NCBI GenBank assembly: GCA_036172245.1
Contig: JAYWIR010000010.1
Span: forward strand, 682,001-746,000
Reading direction: 5' to 3'
DNA length: 64,000 nt
Source: Raillietiella orientalis
Taxonomy: Eukaryota
The notes under the pieces were generated by a model, which ran no database searches, was not told where the DNA came from, and saw only the letters and a program-made list of their open reading frames with translations. Each line of letters opens with the position of its first letter. Positions within the stretch are counted from its first letter, which is position 1. This document shows positions 1 through 13,719 of the stretch, in pieces. The position numbers were made by a program, and so were the translations under genes.

Positions 1-1833
1 CCACACGTTGTGAAAACTTCATCTAATAATCTTTTCGATTCGTCTCGAGAAAATGCATCTTGAAGAAATCTTCAAGGCGCAGCTCTGATTCTGTGTGGTG
101 AGAGATGAAAAGTACACTTGAGAATCCCTCCCCAAGCATGCAGATGGGAAAGTTGCTCGGCATCACGATATAAATGAAAGAGTTTATCAGAAAGAATTAG
201 CTGTCGAATTTTCATGAGCATCCAGATTAAGATGAGATGGGATGGGATTCACAGAAAAGTATTTTTTTTTTTTTTTTTCTTCTGCCATGAAGGTTTCCTT
301 TTTCTTTCCTCCAGAAGAAATGTATTCAACTTCTTTCTCATTCACTTTATTCGTGCTTGCGTTCTGCATCCCAAGGAAACAGTGCAAACACAAAGCTATT
401 ATTCTTGCTGTGGTAGTTCTACCAACTCCACTACTATCAGAGAGTAGAATACTACTCTCAATCCTTGAAAAAGAGTAGTATACTTTTCCCTCGGGACCAA
501 CTTTTGAACCTTGTGGATCACGTGAAAATTGTCAAGCAACGAAGAGTTCAAGTCTTCCAGATGTGGTGGAAATAGAGTCACCCTAGCGCTGAAGGTAATC
601 GAAGTGATCCTAGAAGACACGTGCTATTCACCTATGAGCTCGAAATTCGAGGTTTACATTAAAGACCAAGTACACAGGTCATCCGGCAGTGCATTGAATG
701 CATTACCCAAAGCCTTAGAAGACGGCGTGTGTGGACGTGGCAGCTTTTCTTGCAAGAAGCTGACAGGGAAAGATGAGGTGTCGTTTGAATTGTGGGCAAA
801 CCCGTTGATGGACACTGCAACGGCGACAACTGACCTTAACGTTTTAGATTTCAAAGAAGAAGAAAGTTACGGTTGATGCCGGTTTAACTCCAGATACCTT
901 AAACAGATTAAGGCCTTTCTTTAATGTAGGTTTTCTGCCAGCAAGCAACTGAGTTTTTACGTGGAAAATTGCCGTCGGATTGATGGGTCTGATGGCGTGT
1001 CGTTTTTAACGGATGAGTTTCCAGCACTTGGAAAAATGGAGCCATTTCAAGCAGGTTCCAGTCTTCTGACTTAATCGTCATCATGTCTTGTCATTTCCAT
1101 TATCATTACCGTGTCAGCTTTTATTCACATAGAAGAAATGATGATAGTTGGAATTCTCTACATTTAAACTTCAGAGGCTCAATCACTGTTCAATGATTCC
1201 TTACCAGTTTAAAATTAATGTGTGGTGTAAGTTCTGCTTTTGGCTGGGGGTGCATTGACCTGCCTTTTTTGTGCAATGTTTTAATGCAATGTCCTATTGA
1301 ATGCAACTCCTCTGCTGATAACAGGGGGATGCAGAACTTTCCATGGGCGCCTTTCTGTCAGTCTGCAGGTGTGGTTTAAAGGGTGTCCACTGTGTCCATC
1401 AAGGAATCTTCGCGCCAGCGTGATACTCGGCAGAACAGATTTTCAGAACATACTGCAGGACGAATTTCCGGAATCCGAGCGCGCCAAATCTCGCGCACAT
1501 CTGCTCTCATCATCATTGCTCTCGGGCTTGCTTTTTGATGACGATGATGCAAGTTTTGAGTGGGAACTGCTCTTGAAGACTGCACTTCCGTCGTAATTTC
1601 GTCTCGTTCGAGGGGGGAGGGAGATATGGGGGTGCCCATAGCACCCTTATATCTCCAAACGTATGAATGTACCCTTCTACTCTGGAAAGAATAGATTGCA
1701 GCTTAATTTGTATTTTCCTTCCTTAAAAACCTTGCATCCTCATCCCCACCGAATGATTTGCTTTCTTGTTTCGTTTTTTTTCTCCTTTGGTAAGCAAGGA
1801 TATCGATTGCATCAACCTTCTCTTATAAAAGAG

Positions 1834-4800
1834 ATGGGAAGCACCTTACAGAAGGCGGAGGCAGTTGGTGACTCGGTTTTTCAGAAATCTTCCGGTGAAC
1901 GTTTGCAGTCCACTTTTCCCACGGGCTGTTTTTTTTTTTTGTTGTGTGTGGCTGGGTTCGTCCATCCGAGGTCCGAGGACGCCCCTCCCGGGCAGTGATG
2001 GTTTCGTTGCTCTCGTGTGTTCAATACCTCGCAAACGCGGCTTAAACGCGTCATGTTGACAGCAGTTGTGCGCGGTCCCCGGGTCTTCAGGAGATCTTCC
2101 TCCCCCACTCAACCGAAGGAAACCCACGCTGGAACATCACCCGAGACCTGGCAGTCCAACCCTTGAGCAGGTAAATTCACCGTGGTTGAAATTCTCAGAG
2201 TCCACCACCGTCCGCTTCCTCCTTGCTGTTGCCCCAAGCGCTTTTGACGGCGGCCGTGTTTACACACTTCGATGGGATTGAGTGTTGGTGTTGTGGTACA
2301 CGCCTCGGCTGTACATGTACTAGAATTGGTGGTGTGGTTGCTGCCTTCCCGTGGCAAGTTTTCAGTTTCTTTCCGTGTTACGGTGATCTTCCGGTGGATC
2401 GTTTGAGCAGTTGTGTCCAAGTGATTAATATTGAATAAGATAACGTGTGTGTCCATCCTTAGGCAAAGTAATTTGGCATAATTAACGGAAACTGCCCAGT
2501 CATAGACAGTTCCTCATGTTTTGTGATCCTAAAGAGAGAGTCATCACCATTACGAGATCCTAAAGCCAACTCGACGGACTGCAGTTCTATGGAAGAATCC
2601 ATCAACAACAGCATATGAGTAATGGCTTGTATGATAGACGTAATAATTATTAATGTATTGATGAATCAGACCTATATAAGTATGCTTTAATGAAAATGAC
2701 CCAAACTTTTAACAAAGCAAAATTCTGGTTGGACCTTAACCTAGAACCTAATTTTAACTTTTATGAATTTGTTCAAGTCCTCATAAGAAAAATACCAGTA
2801 GAGGTCAGTACACTCCATGAGTTGGCCATCATGAGCAAAGAGGATCTTGAACACAAAATGGAAGCTTTAAACAGCATGTAAGATGTGATTTTTTTTTTTT
2901 TTTTTTCAAATCTTAATTGGATGTACTTCATTATATAACTTACTGTTTTAATTTTTAGTTTAGTAGTTTTAAAATATGTTTCATGAGTGAGCATCCTCTT
3001 CATATTGTACAAGGTAAATTCGGTTATTAATCAAGCTGAACATAGTTGCCAACAGCTAATTTGGAATTCACAGAATTTATATTTACTTATTCAGATCAAG
3101 TTCTTTGACTGATAATAACAGTGGACAACTGGTGTTTGCCTTGACCACAAGAGTAGAGAATTTTTCATCATTGTGGAAACTGACAACAAAAGTGGCCTGT
3201 GTTAAAGTAGATCTAACATCTGTTGATTCTCCAAAAGTGGAAACTTATCGTGTGGTTAGCTTGAGAAAATTTTTGCAGGTGGGGAAAAAATTGATTGATC
3301 ATTTAAGAAATTACATTTTCAAGATATATAAAACAATAAGCACTGTGCAGGAAGAATTGATTGCTAGTATACAAAGAGAACAGAATGTTGAAAAAATGCA
3401 TGAAACAGCTCTGCATAATAAATCGGATGTGATTATCGAAAATCTTGAAGAATGCTGTATTTGTTTAGACAAAAAACCAGAAATTCTTTTATCATGTGCA
3501 CACAGTTTTTGCAGTACTTGTTTAGAGCAATGGTAAGAATATGCACACACATGAATTTCTTAATATAATGTACAAGTGATTTAATTTCATTATGTATGTC
3601 TCAATTACAATGCAAATTATTACTTGCATTTTGTGTAAAAGACTTTTGATGCTGATTCATAAAATAGGTAGAAAAGATGATCAACAAACTTTAGATAAAA
3701 TTGATAAAATCTTTCAATCACATCCCTTAAAGTTTAGCAGCAACAAGGTGTTCAAAATACCTCGAATCTAATTAAGTACAATAATACACAGCTTAGAATT
3801 CAGTTAAGCACTACTCCATCAAAATATTTTTTTTTTGAAGAAAGCATGCATTTGACATGTAGTAAAGCTTTTTGCTCTGGCATCACCAGGATAGCACGTT
3901 TTATTTACTTTTTTCCATATTCAATGTTAAATCAAATGAATGATAATAGGTAGCATTATTATTGTGATATGTCTTGTAAAGTAAGTATCATAAGGTTAGA
4001 TGTTGTTGGTTATAGCTATTTCTCACAAATTAAGAATACAAATTGCTGATAGGAAGCAGTAGGTGAGCAGTATTAATAAGTGTAATGAGAATACTATTTG
4101 CTCTCCGAGATTTCATAACTGCTTTCGAAACATTTAGTTCAGCTGCATGTTGATTTTTGTTTTGTAATTCTCGATCTTGTTAGACAGTCGCTATTTTCAA
4201 CTACAGACTTGCAAATTATTTCATGTTGCATTATGCACATCACATTTGCAGAACACTGTTAAAGCTATTGTGTGCTCCACAAACTGTTAGTTTGGCATTT
4301 GCAAAAAAAATTTGAATGATAAAATGTCCATTCAAATTTTGTGAGCAGTGATGCACAATTGTGAGCCTCAATTTAAGGATCACAGTATACATACTTTGAG
4401 GACAAAACAAAATTAAGCCAGTATTATCACAAGAATGAATCTAGTAGCAACTTTGCTTTTTCATCTAGTTCCTGTTACATATAAGCAGACATACAGATTT
4501 GGTGGACGTTTGCACCCTTTTTAAAATTGTTTAAACGATTTACTGTTTTTGTAAATATAGGTGTGCAAAGTGCACAATTTGATATATGGTGTAAACTTTC
4601 ACAACAATAAAAGTGCACTATTATCAGTTTCCAAATAACTCCTATTAACATGTTTAGGCATTTGTCAAGAGCCTCAGATGAGCCTTAACCTAACAAACAT
4701 GATTGCTTTAAACTAAATTTCCGAATTTCATTTTGCAGGCAATTCTTGCCTAAAGTCCATCTCATAATGGCATTGTTTTGCATTCTTTTCAATGAATTTT

Positions 4801-5449
4801 AATTAAAAATTTTATCAAGAAGCTTAGAATCCACTTAATTTGCTATCTTATAATATATTAAAATGAAATGTTGATTGCACATTAATTGGGTTGGCAAAGA
4901 TGAGATTTGAGAAATATGTGTATTGTAGTTTTGTAGATTTTTTGTTTAATATATTGCAAGTTTGCAGGAAAAGTTTTACAATCTAAAATGCATATTCAGA
5001 GATGGTAATTATAATCTGAGTTATGTTGACCATGAAATAACTTCGTTTATTGCACTTGATGGATTTCCGTACCTTTGCGTGAATAGTAAAAAAGAAAAAA
5101 AAGATGCCAGTAGCAGGACACAAAAGTCTTTGATTGAATTCAACAGAGTCCTTGGAATTTTTTATTTAAATGTTCACATTGTTGCAATTAGAGACAGATT
5201 GTGAATGTTTGCACCTGTTCATTTTGAATATTGATATTTAATTGATTTTTTAACACCAATATTTCACTTTTTACGATGTTTGGTTCATGATGTTTTAGGA
5301 ATACAAATCATCAAACATGTCCTGTTTGTAGAGAAGAAATTAAGGATTCAGAGGATATCTGGGTAGTTGCTGAAGTTCCAGAATCCAAAGATATTAGCCA
5401 AGAAGTTAAAAAAATTTTGTTTGGATTAGTTCGACCTGTGATTTCGTAA
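1834..5449 (+). CDS. RNF141: RING finger protein 141-like E3 ligase (~225 aa); exons 1834-1867, 2778-2877, 3095-3278, 3324-3532, 5299-5449
   Basis: Spliced frame MGSTLQKAEAVVLIRKIPVEV...LRKFLQ|IYKTIS...EECCICLDKKPEILLSCAHSFCSTCLEQW|NTNHQTCPVCREE..DIWVVAEVP. C3HC4 RING, N-terminal MG and layout match RNF141. All introns are GT-AG and phase-consistent. The first coding exon is the least certain. Confidence 0.88.
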
Positions 5450-8400
5450 TACATGCTAGTTTTCGCCGTCCTGTTGTTTTCAATTTTTGCTACTTTTGGA
5501 GCATTTTTCATTTCCCTGGTTTGTTGTAATAACTTACTTTTGTTTCCAGAATTCATAGAAATAGAAAGAAAATGGATTATGGGGAACCATTAAAGGTTAC
5601 TTGAAAAAAAAAGTCCAACTTATCAACAAATTGTTTTTGAGTTAAGTTTTTTAAAAAAAAAAAAACAAATATTCATCTTCTCATCTGTGGCGAATTATTC
5701 AAAACAAAAAACAAAAAAAGTTTTGTGTCTGTAACTTCCATACATACATTGTTGAAGACATTCATATACAAAAACCAACAAACTAAAGATATTAATGCAT
5801 TCTCCCGTAAGACGTTATTCCTCCACAATCATTGCACATCTTTTATGGTGAATGCATATGGGTTTAAAATGCTGAATGCAGTTTTTATGAAAGCCTTTTG
5901 TTCGTACTTTTTTTTTGTCAGTTTTTAAATTTTAAGCATCTTTTTGGTTCAAAGATTTTCCGATTAATACATACTAGCTATTTCCATATTTGACCGATTT
6001 TCATTTGTCTTGCCATATCTCCAGTGGTGAGTTCCATTGAAAATGGAAACCATAAAGTTGATTGTAGGAGTGTTCATCGGTCACCACTACAGTATGTAAC
6101 TAGGTCACTGAGCCTAAGAAGAATTCTGTTAACACTCGCCACTTAAGTCTATTCTTTTTTATTATGTTTTAAAATTGATTCAAAACAGAGCTGCTGCTCA
6201 TGAGAGATTGCTGATCTTGTCTGACCATGCTGCTATCAAGTAGTTGCCCACTGTGCTGCCTTTGATACCAGCTCTGAAGCCTGACAAAAACAAAGGTTCA
6301 TATTTTCGAGTGGTTCTGCTTGTGTTCCCAACGTAACATCCTTCCTTGGAAAACTATTTTATGCTATACTAATGATCCTTTGGATTTCCTGAATCACTAA
6401 AAAACTTCGCAAGTGATCACACTTCCTGCCTTCTTCATGAAATGATTGCAGTACATTGCCAAGCGTTCCGAATTTTCACAAAAACTGCTTGCATTTCGCG
6501 TGCCTGCTTTTCTTCAACCTTCAAGTTTATCCCTCATCAGTACTTTTTATTCATAAATTGGAATTTTTTTTGAAAGCTTTCAATCCCGAGTGATTCCTTC
6601 TTACAACACCATTTTTAACTCAATTCAGTTGATGCTTCGGAAGATGACCAGTGGGGTTCTAGAACTTTTCCTATCTAGATTTTCCAAGAGCTCAAGTTCA
6701 CGAATAACATTACATCATCAGGGATAACCTTGCAATAAATTATTTGAATTCAAATTCTGACACAGAACATGCCGGCGATGAACTGAATTGTGGGTCGATC
6801 CCAACCACTTACGCCAGTGTTTCTGATGGTAAAGGAAAAGAAAAAAACAACCTAGTACTTGATCAATTTTATTTCCGTAATACGAAACAAAATGCAAATG
6901 AAGTATTTCAATTTGTTTGTTTCACTTGACCTTCACATTCAATGATTTTGCACCCGGAAATCGCACAATCAGCTCTACTTCACAGTTTTTGTTTGCTGGC
7001 AAACTTTCGGCTGCACCGAAATTGAATTGAATTAATCAAAACAACATAAAGTAGCTTCTTCCACTAATCTGACAAAATTTATTCAGCGTTCTTTTCTGAA
7101 ATAAATAAATCAAACGTTTTTATGTCATATTTCCTTCAGCAAATTATGTTTCTGAATGGCCAAATGAACAATAAAAATGATATTGTCTGTGGAAAGCATC
7201 GTGGAGTAACCTGCTTCCGTTTTTTCGCTGTTGCAGGATGACAACTGCTAGGTTACGCTTCTCCAGTAATTGCTTCTCATCAGATTTTTGAATATATACC
7301 CTAGAATAATTGTCTGTTTGTTAACGCATTCAGATGCAGTACTATTGAAATGGCAGCAACAACTTTATACTATTTCACTAAGTAGCTTCTTTCCCTCATG
7401 TTGATAGAATTCTACAGCAGAAGACTTACAACTGTGCAGACTTTACATTTGCAACAATGTAATTTCATGTTCCCTTATGATTACATTCGCACTACTAGAA
7501 ACTTAACGTATGGTTATATATAGGATGTACTTCATACTGTGTGACCTTATTTCTCTTTACCTTTTCACCAACACCTTCACAACTGACACCTTTATTTAAT
7601 AACCTATTGATAATGCTGGTCAAAATTATGGTTATGAAAAGTCTGCATGTTTCTGTACTTATCTGCTCTCTTTCTTGAAACTACTTTTTTACACTTTCTA
7701 GTATTTTCTATTCAAGCACATCATTGGGTCAGTCATCCTCATCTCTCATACTGAAGTACATGTTCACATCTGCATCCACATCTCTCATATCTCAAAGTTC
7801 TATTTCAAATATCATTGGGAGACAAAGGAAACAAAAATGCCTGCACATAATGCAAATTCCGCCCATATAATCGTGAAAACCAGTTTTCATCACAACAGCA
7901 CGACAATTAAAACTCAATTCGATCACTTCTCTTATTATTGTTGTCTTTCAAGTGTCTTTCTTTGAAAGCAAGAAAAATTATCCTTCCATGATGCCAGGCA
8001 AAACTTGGTATACTGGATTAACATTGAAGACAAGAATCTATCTTTTATCCGTTGTTAATTCTCTATTCATAGTACTTTATTACTTACAAGCTGATTTTTG
8101 ATTCAAGATTGCATGCATTACTGAAGTGCTTTTATTTTTTCAATATTTCATGCTAATTCATGCTTCATTTTATCTAACTGAGTTTATACAAGACTTAGTA
8201 AAACAACAACTGCCAAGATCACAATTCCTTGTGCTTTAGATTTTTCTGATTCTGTGCCATAGCTGTATTAATTTTTACTTCACACAATGCGAAAATCGAT
8301 CCGGATCCGAACTTTTGAAACTTTCTAACTTTCTGACTTCAAACATCTTCACTCCTCGAAAAAAACATTTTATAATTAATGAGAAACTGTCCACTTCACT

Positions 8401-10367
8401 CTAAGATCTGTTATTTTGTAATTCAACAGATTTAAAAGATCTTCACGCCCAATTACAATTACTGCTTCTGAGAAAAACTGAATTTCTAAACTGAACTTGA
8501 TATCTGTTTCCCCATGCACAGTAATGATTTTGAGAAGGCTCATGGTGCTACCCCAAGATCAAGATTTAACTCTGGAATAATTTTATTCTACAAAAAAAAT
8601 ATTCAAATTACATAACGCATAAGATTAATTGATATGAGACTTGTGATGATTTCATGCTCTGAACAGCCAGACTTTAGGTTTTGCAGGTAATCTCTTTGTT
8701 GCTAAATTAGCAACACATTAACCTGTTGTTGTATTTTGTTGATCAAGTTTCTAACAAGGCATATTCAGAATAAGTGATTTCAATTTTAATTTGTTCACAA
8801 CTTAAAAAGAATTTAATTCTCCTGGAACTTCTTTATGTAGATATTTTCATTTTGTAATCACAATCCACAAATCTCACTTTTTATATTGATAAGATTACAC
8901 TTTAGCATAGGAAAAGAATCAAGTAGATTCGAATATGAACACTCAGCAATCTTCATGAGAATTTTTAGAATGAGGAAAACTTAATATTACACAATTTGAG
9001 CCAGCAAAGCCTTCACGACAACAGCTATCAATAAGTATAGTGACAAAGGTTTTTCTCATACACATACACCCAATATCCTCATGATATATATCTTCATGAT
9101 TATGGAAAACTCCAAGTAAACAAATGTAATATCTTTGCATAAAAAACAGCAGCAAATACAGCATTGTTATCTTGTAAAACACAAAATTCATTCTGATCAA
9201 CCACCCTAATCAGTAAATGAAAAAAGAAAGATTCTGCAGAGAAACTTGTTAAAATTGCAACATCTTTAGCTGCTACATGTACAGCTCAAAGCAGCAGTTA
9301 AACTGAGCAGAAAATATGACATAACAAGTATTCATGCCATATGGTCATAATAAAGAAGAATCATTAATATACACACAGAAAGCAAAGAGCATTAATATTA
9401 ACTGAAAAGTTTATAAGAATATTGCTTCATTTTTCAATTAGACTATAGTTTGAACATGCACTTCAAGATCTTGGGAACACAGAACACTTAAGCTCACTGG
9501 ATTAATGAACACATGATCAGGATTAACTCAAATACAAATAACCAAATGCAACAATAACATCAATTACAAACTCATGATTGTGATAAAATCACATATGTGC
9601 AGTCAAATTCAACAAAAGCATGATATGAGGTATGTAAAACAACATAATTATAGGGAAAACATATACATTGTCCCATACATTTTACAGCTACTGTACCGAA
9701 AAACACAAATCACAAAATTAGTACCACCAGTTTATTCTACTAACAGCATGGATTCTTTGTAAGGGTAGCTAAAAATATAAACTGTTTCTGGATCTGGGCC
9801 AATTCAGATTCAAATAAACAACCTTCTTAATTAGCTTATTATGCATTTTTAAAATGTGCTTACATACAAGAAACAGTATGCATCATCTACTTAGACTTGA
9901 TGTAGAGAGTGCAAAGTGATCATTTTTTCTTTTAAGTCACTGAACTAAAGAAACACCTCATGTGACCAAATTATACCAAGCAGGTTTGTATAATTCCTTT
10001 ACATACAAACTACGTGCTAATAATATTGGATAATAATTGATAATGACAACCAAAGAATTAGTTAACTTATACAAGACAATGCTTGTAACAGAATTCTACT
10101 GCTGACAGTGACCTAAGCAACTGAAAATAACACACAGTACGATAAAAGATCAACTAAACGCACACAGTTCTTCCTTAAACATTTAATGACCAGTTCACTT
10201 TACAAAAAGGGATTTATAATCACTTTTGAAGGCAATTAAAACCATGCAAACATTTTTTGATCTTTAATGTAAAGCTTCATTCAATACACTACATCACATA
10301 AAAACAATCAATACTTGTCTGCTTTTCACTTTGCTACAATATCTACCAGCAAATAGTCCTCATTCAA

Positions 10368-11671
10368 TTAATAAAATCGTTTCCTCCTGTTTTCTCGGTA
10401 TTTTTGGAACATTACGAATCCTATCACTCCAAATATGATCACTGCAAGCATAGCAAATGCAATCAAAATAACTTTCATGACACCCATAAGAGATGATGGT
10501 TTTGCATCTTCTACTCGTACTGTAAACAATTTAGTAAGCTCAATTTAGAAAAATCACTAACCTCGAATGGGTTCAAAGTAAGCAGAAGATGGAATAATCC
10601 CTGATCGATCTTCTCCTGCCTAACATCACCAGAAAGAAATACATCCAATTGTAAACAACTTACATCACAAGCTTCCAATTCATAGAATTTAACTGAAATA
10701 ATATCATGGTTATCACTAAGATCTCCAGTGACAGAAGAAATGCCCAAATAATAGTGAGTTGGCAACTGCACACCTGCAACTCGAAAGCATTCCTTCCATG
10801 TTTTCATATTTTCGACATCAGTGGATACTAAAATTATAAAAACCCATAAATGCAACATTTTACAGTAAAATTTTCAATCAAACCAATCAAAAAGTCCTTT
10901 TCGTAACGTATGGCTATGTAGGTTTCATAATCACTATTCCGAAACTTCACTTCACATCCAGCTAGTTGGGTATGAGTACCATCTTGATCATGATCATAGT
11001 CTAAGGACCCATTATTGACCATTGCAGAAATATACGGATGACTGTGCTACACTAAATTATTATAGGCAAAAAGACCTTGTAATTTGCAATCTCACAGCAT
11101 GAGGTCCATTGTAATTGCTGTACGTATCCAAAATCACAGCCAATCCCGAAAAATTTTTTGCACTGCCAAACATGTCTCCCAGAATGCCCTTATGTTTCAC
11201 AAACCAAAACACAAAACCATCACCATACAATTCATTTTCTTTACCATGAACTTTGAAATGAATATGTACTTCCCATGATTTCGACAAGACTGGCTAATAT
11301 CAAAAAATTGTAGAAAATTAATTATAACATCTTACAATTTCATTCCATATGGCTCCTTTTTGACTCTGTACGTCAGATGTTAATCTAATGTGATTATTGG
11401 TGACTACAGTACTTCCCAGAATACTCCAGTTGGGAATTCCAAATAGGGCTCCTTTATAAAACATCAAAAAAGGGAAAAATAGATACGTGCTAGTTCAAAA
11501 CATGCAACTTTTAATCTGAATGAATAAAAAAAAAAATGCATTCTAATATGTACCTTGATAGGGTTTGCTCAGTGAGTGTTCTTTTTTGAGGTAAGTTAGA
11601 GTGTTCCATTCAGAATTTACATATTCATACAGATACACTAGACATATTATACAGTTTTTCAGTCCGAACAT
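10368..11671 (-). CDS. LMAN2L: VIP36/VIPL-like L-type lectin, type I membrane cargo receptor (~322 aa); exons 11671-11554, 11451-11336, 11293-11096, 11046-10884, 10827-10664, 10619-10562, 10519-10368
   Basis: Signal-peptide-like start, YLKKEHSLSKPYQG, IRLTSDVQSQKGAIWN, GDGFVFW, LDTYSN, HPYISAMVNNGSLDYDHD, TGDLSDNHDIIS, a TM helix and C-terminal RKRFY. The invertebrate gene is likely co-orthologous to LMAN2 and LMAN2L. Confidence 0.93.
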
Positions 11672-12449
11672 TGTTCATGAACTGTCATCACTTTAGATAT
11701 CCAACGCACCACAAAGTCTCAATTACACTCCGCTCATTCCGGATAATCATCTCATCTAGCTGAGCATATGTTCCTTATTCCACGGTGTTACCACGCAATT
11801 CTGCATTATTTATACATGAAATAACGCGGGAAAAGAAAAAAAACATTCAAGTTGAAACATAATGGACGAAAACTTTAGAGAAAATCTTCGAAAAATGTAA
11901 TAAGCCGCTTGTCATTCATATCAATATTTTTGATGTATCAGTTCTGATATTATGACTGTTTTCGTAATTTAGCTGTACGTGAATTGTGCATAAAAATGAT
12001 AGATCAATAATTTCAGTATTCTTTTCCCAACACTTTGTAGTATAAATAAAAAATGTGAAGCATATGGATAGTGATTCGGCATTGCTCATAATGGATGTAT
12101 GAAACCAGCTTCATTTGCACTTGTACATGAGGAAATGATGATTTACTTGCAGCCAAATGTTCTAGCTCGACTGTTAAATCTGAATGCTTTTCTGGTCGCA
12201 CGTTATGATAGTAGATATTCGCAACATACAAGCATTATAGTTTCTGAAAACGAAAATGTTTTTTTTTTTTGGTGAATATTTCTAATGAATGCTGGCCTGG
12301 AATAGTTTCTTTTCGTTGCGACCATAGAATACTCTTATACAGTTTTTCAGTCCGAACATTGTTCATGAACTGTCATCACTTTAGATATCCAACGCACCAC
12401 AAAGCCTCAATTGCACTCCGCCCATTCCGGATAATCGTCTCATCTAGCT
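11647..12449. repeat. 115-bp direct duplication (11647-11761 and 12335-12449) covering the lectin start codon and 5' leader
   Basis: Both copies read ttatacagtttttcagtccgaacattgttcatg...catctagct; 4 substitutions counted by eye. Confidence 0.95.
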
Positions 12450-13719
12450 CCCAGTCTTTCAATTCACTATCTTCGTTTCACAAAAATAATTTCGGTTTGA
12501 TGACTAGGGCTAAATTTAGTTGCTTCTTGAAGGGTTTATGCGGCAGCTGACGCGACAGTGATGAAATTTTGTTTCAGTAAATGAAAGGATAGAAGCTTTG
12601 TCAGAGCATTCTGCCTAAGACACTGCCACAAATACTTCATTACGCGTTAGTCTTGGTTACTAAGGTACGAAAAATAAGGATATATATTGAAACTGAAATA
12701 TTGAATATATATTGAAACATTCCTCTATGGTCTCCTGCATGAATGCTTAATACTACTGTTACTTGTGCGTTTTTCAGGAGTATCCACTCCTATAAAGAAA
12801 CAATGTACTTCACATTATCATAAAGATAAGAAATGTAGAAGAATTATATTCCTGGAATGGAGCACCTCGAATATAAATAATTGAAATCAATATTGCAGGA
12901 TAAGTGGAGCAAGATCAGAAAATGAAAGCAAAACTCTTTATTCATTCAGGAAAATATTTCAGAATGAAGTTCGATGTTGATTTTTTTTCTACAATTCTTG
13001 CAACTTTCGAAATAAAAGTTTCAAAGTTTTCTTCTTTTTCTGTGCTAGTAATTGATAGACTTATTTAAGGGGTGAGATGAAGGGTTCTAATACGATGAAT
13101 TTTTGTTATCTAGAATCCTTGGTTGCGTGACTGTTATGCTGACACTTAATAGCTGTTATAGGACTCATCACGTGGATGGAATTTCACCTTAGCGTGCAAA
13201 CTAGACTCAGTTTACATGACAATAACTTTAGGTTCTTCACATCAGAAAAAAACACGAGAAAAGCACTCAACTGAAGAGCGATCGCTGTTGTATAATTCAT
13301 CAAACGCTCCAAAACTTGAAAAAATTCATTCTACCATTATATCTTCCCGGGCCAGGTGACATTTGAAGATAGTTCCAGCAGGAAAAACGAAATCCTTCAG
13401 CAAAAAAAAACTATGGACTTTACTATGCTAAGCAGAGATATTACTTACTGCTTTGCCCTCTTACGTATGTAACAGAGTAAAGTTTGTAATTGTAAAGTAA
13501 TAATTTCATAAAGTTTTCATAATGGTTTTATAAAGTTGGATTAAATAGTGCATACAAAATAAGAATGGGATCTCGAAACTGCGTATTCCTTATAAAGTTC
13601 GCTGTTTCGTCTTATAATTAGTTCGTTTTTTTCCCGCCTCTTCTTATAGTACTACCTACGTTTGGCCTAGGATGAAGGAAATATTTTTGCGTTCTTCTAC
13701 TTTCGCTGCTTTCCTTCCG

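Noticed and set aside
6000..6130. Merlin/ISXO2-like TVVVTDEHSYNQL remnant on the minus strand
   Set aside because: One short motif without supporting context.
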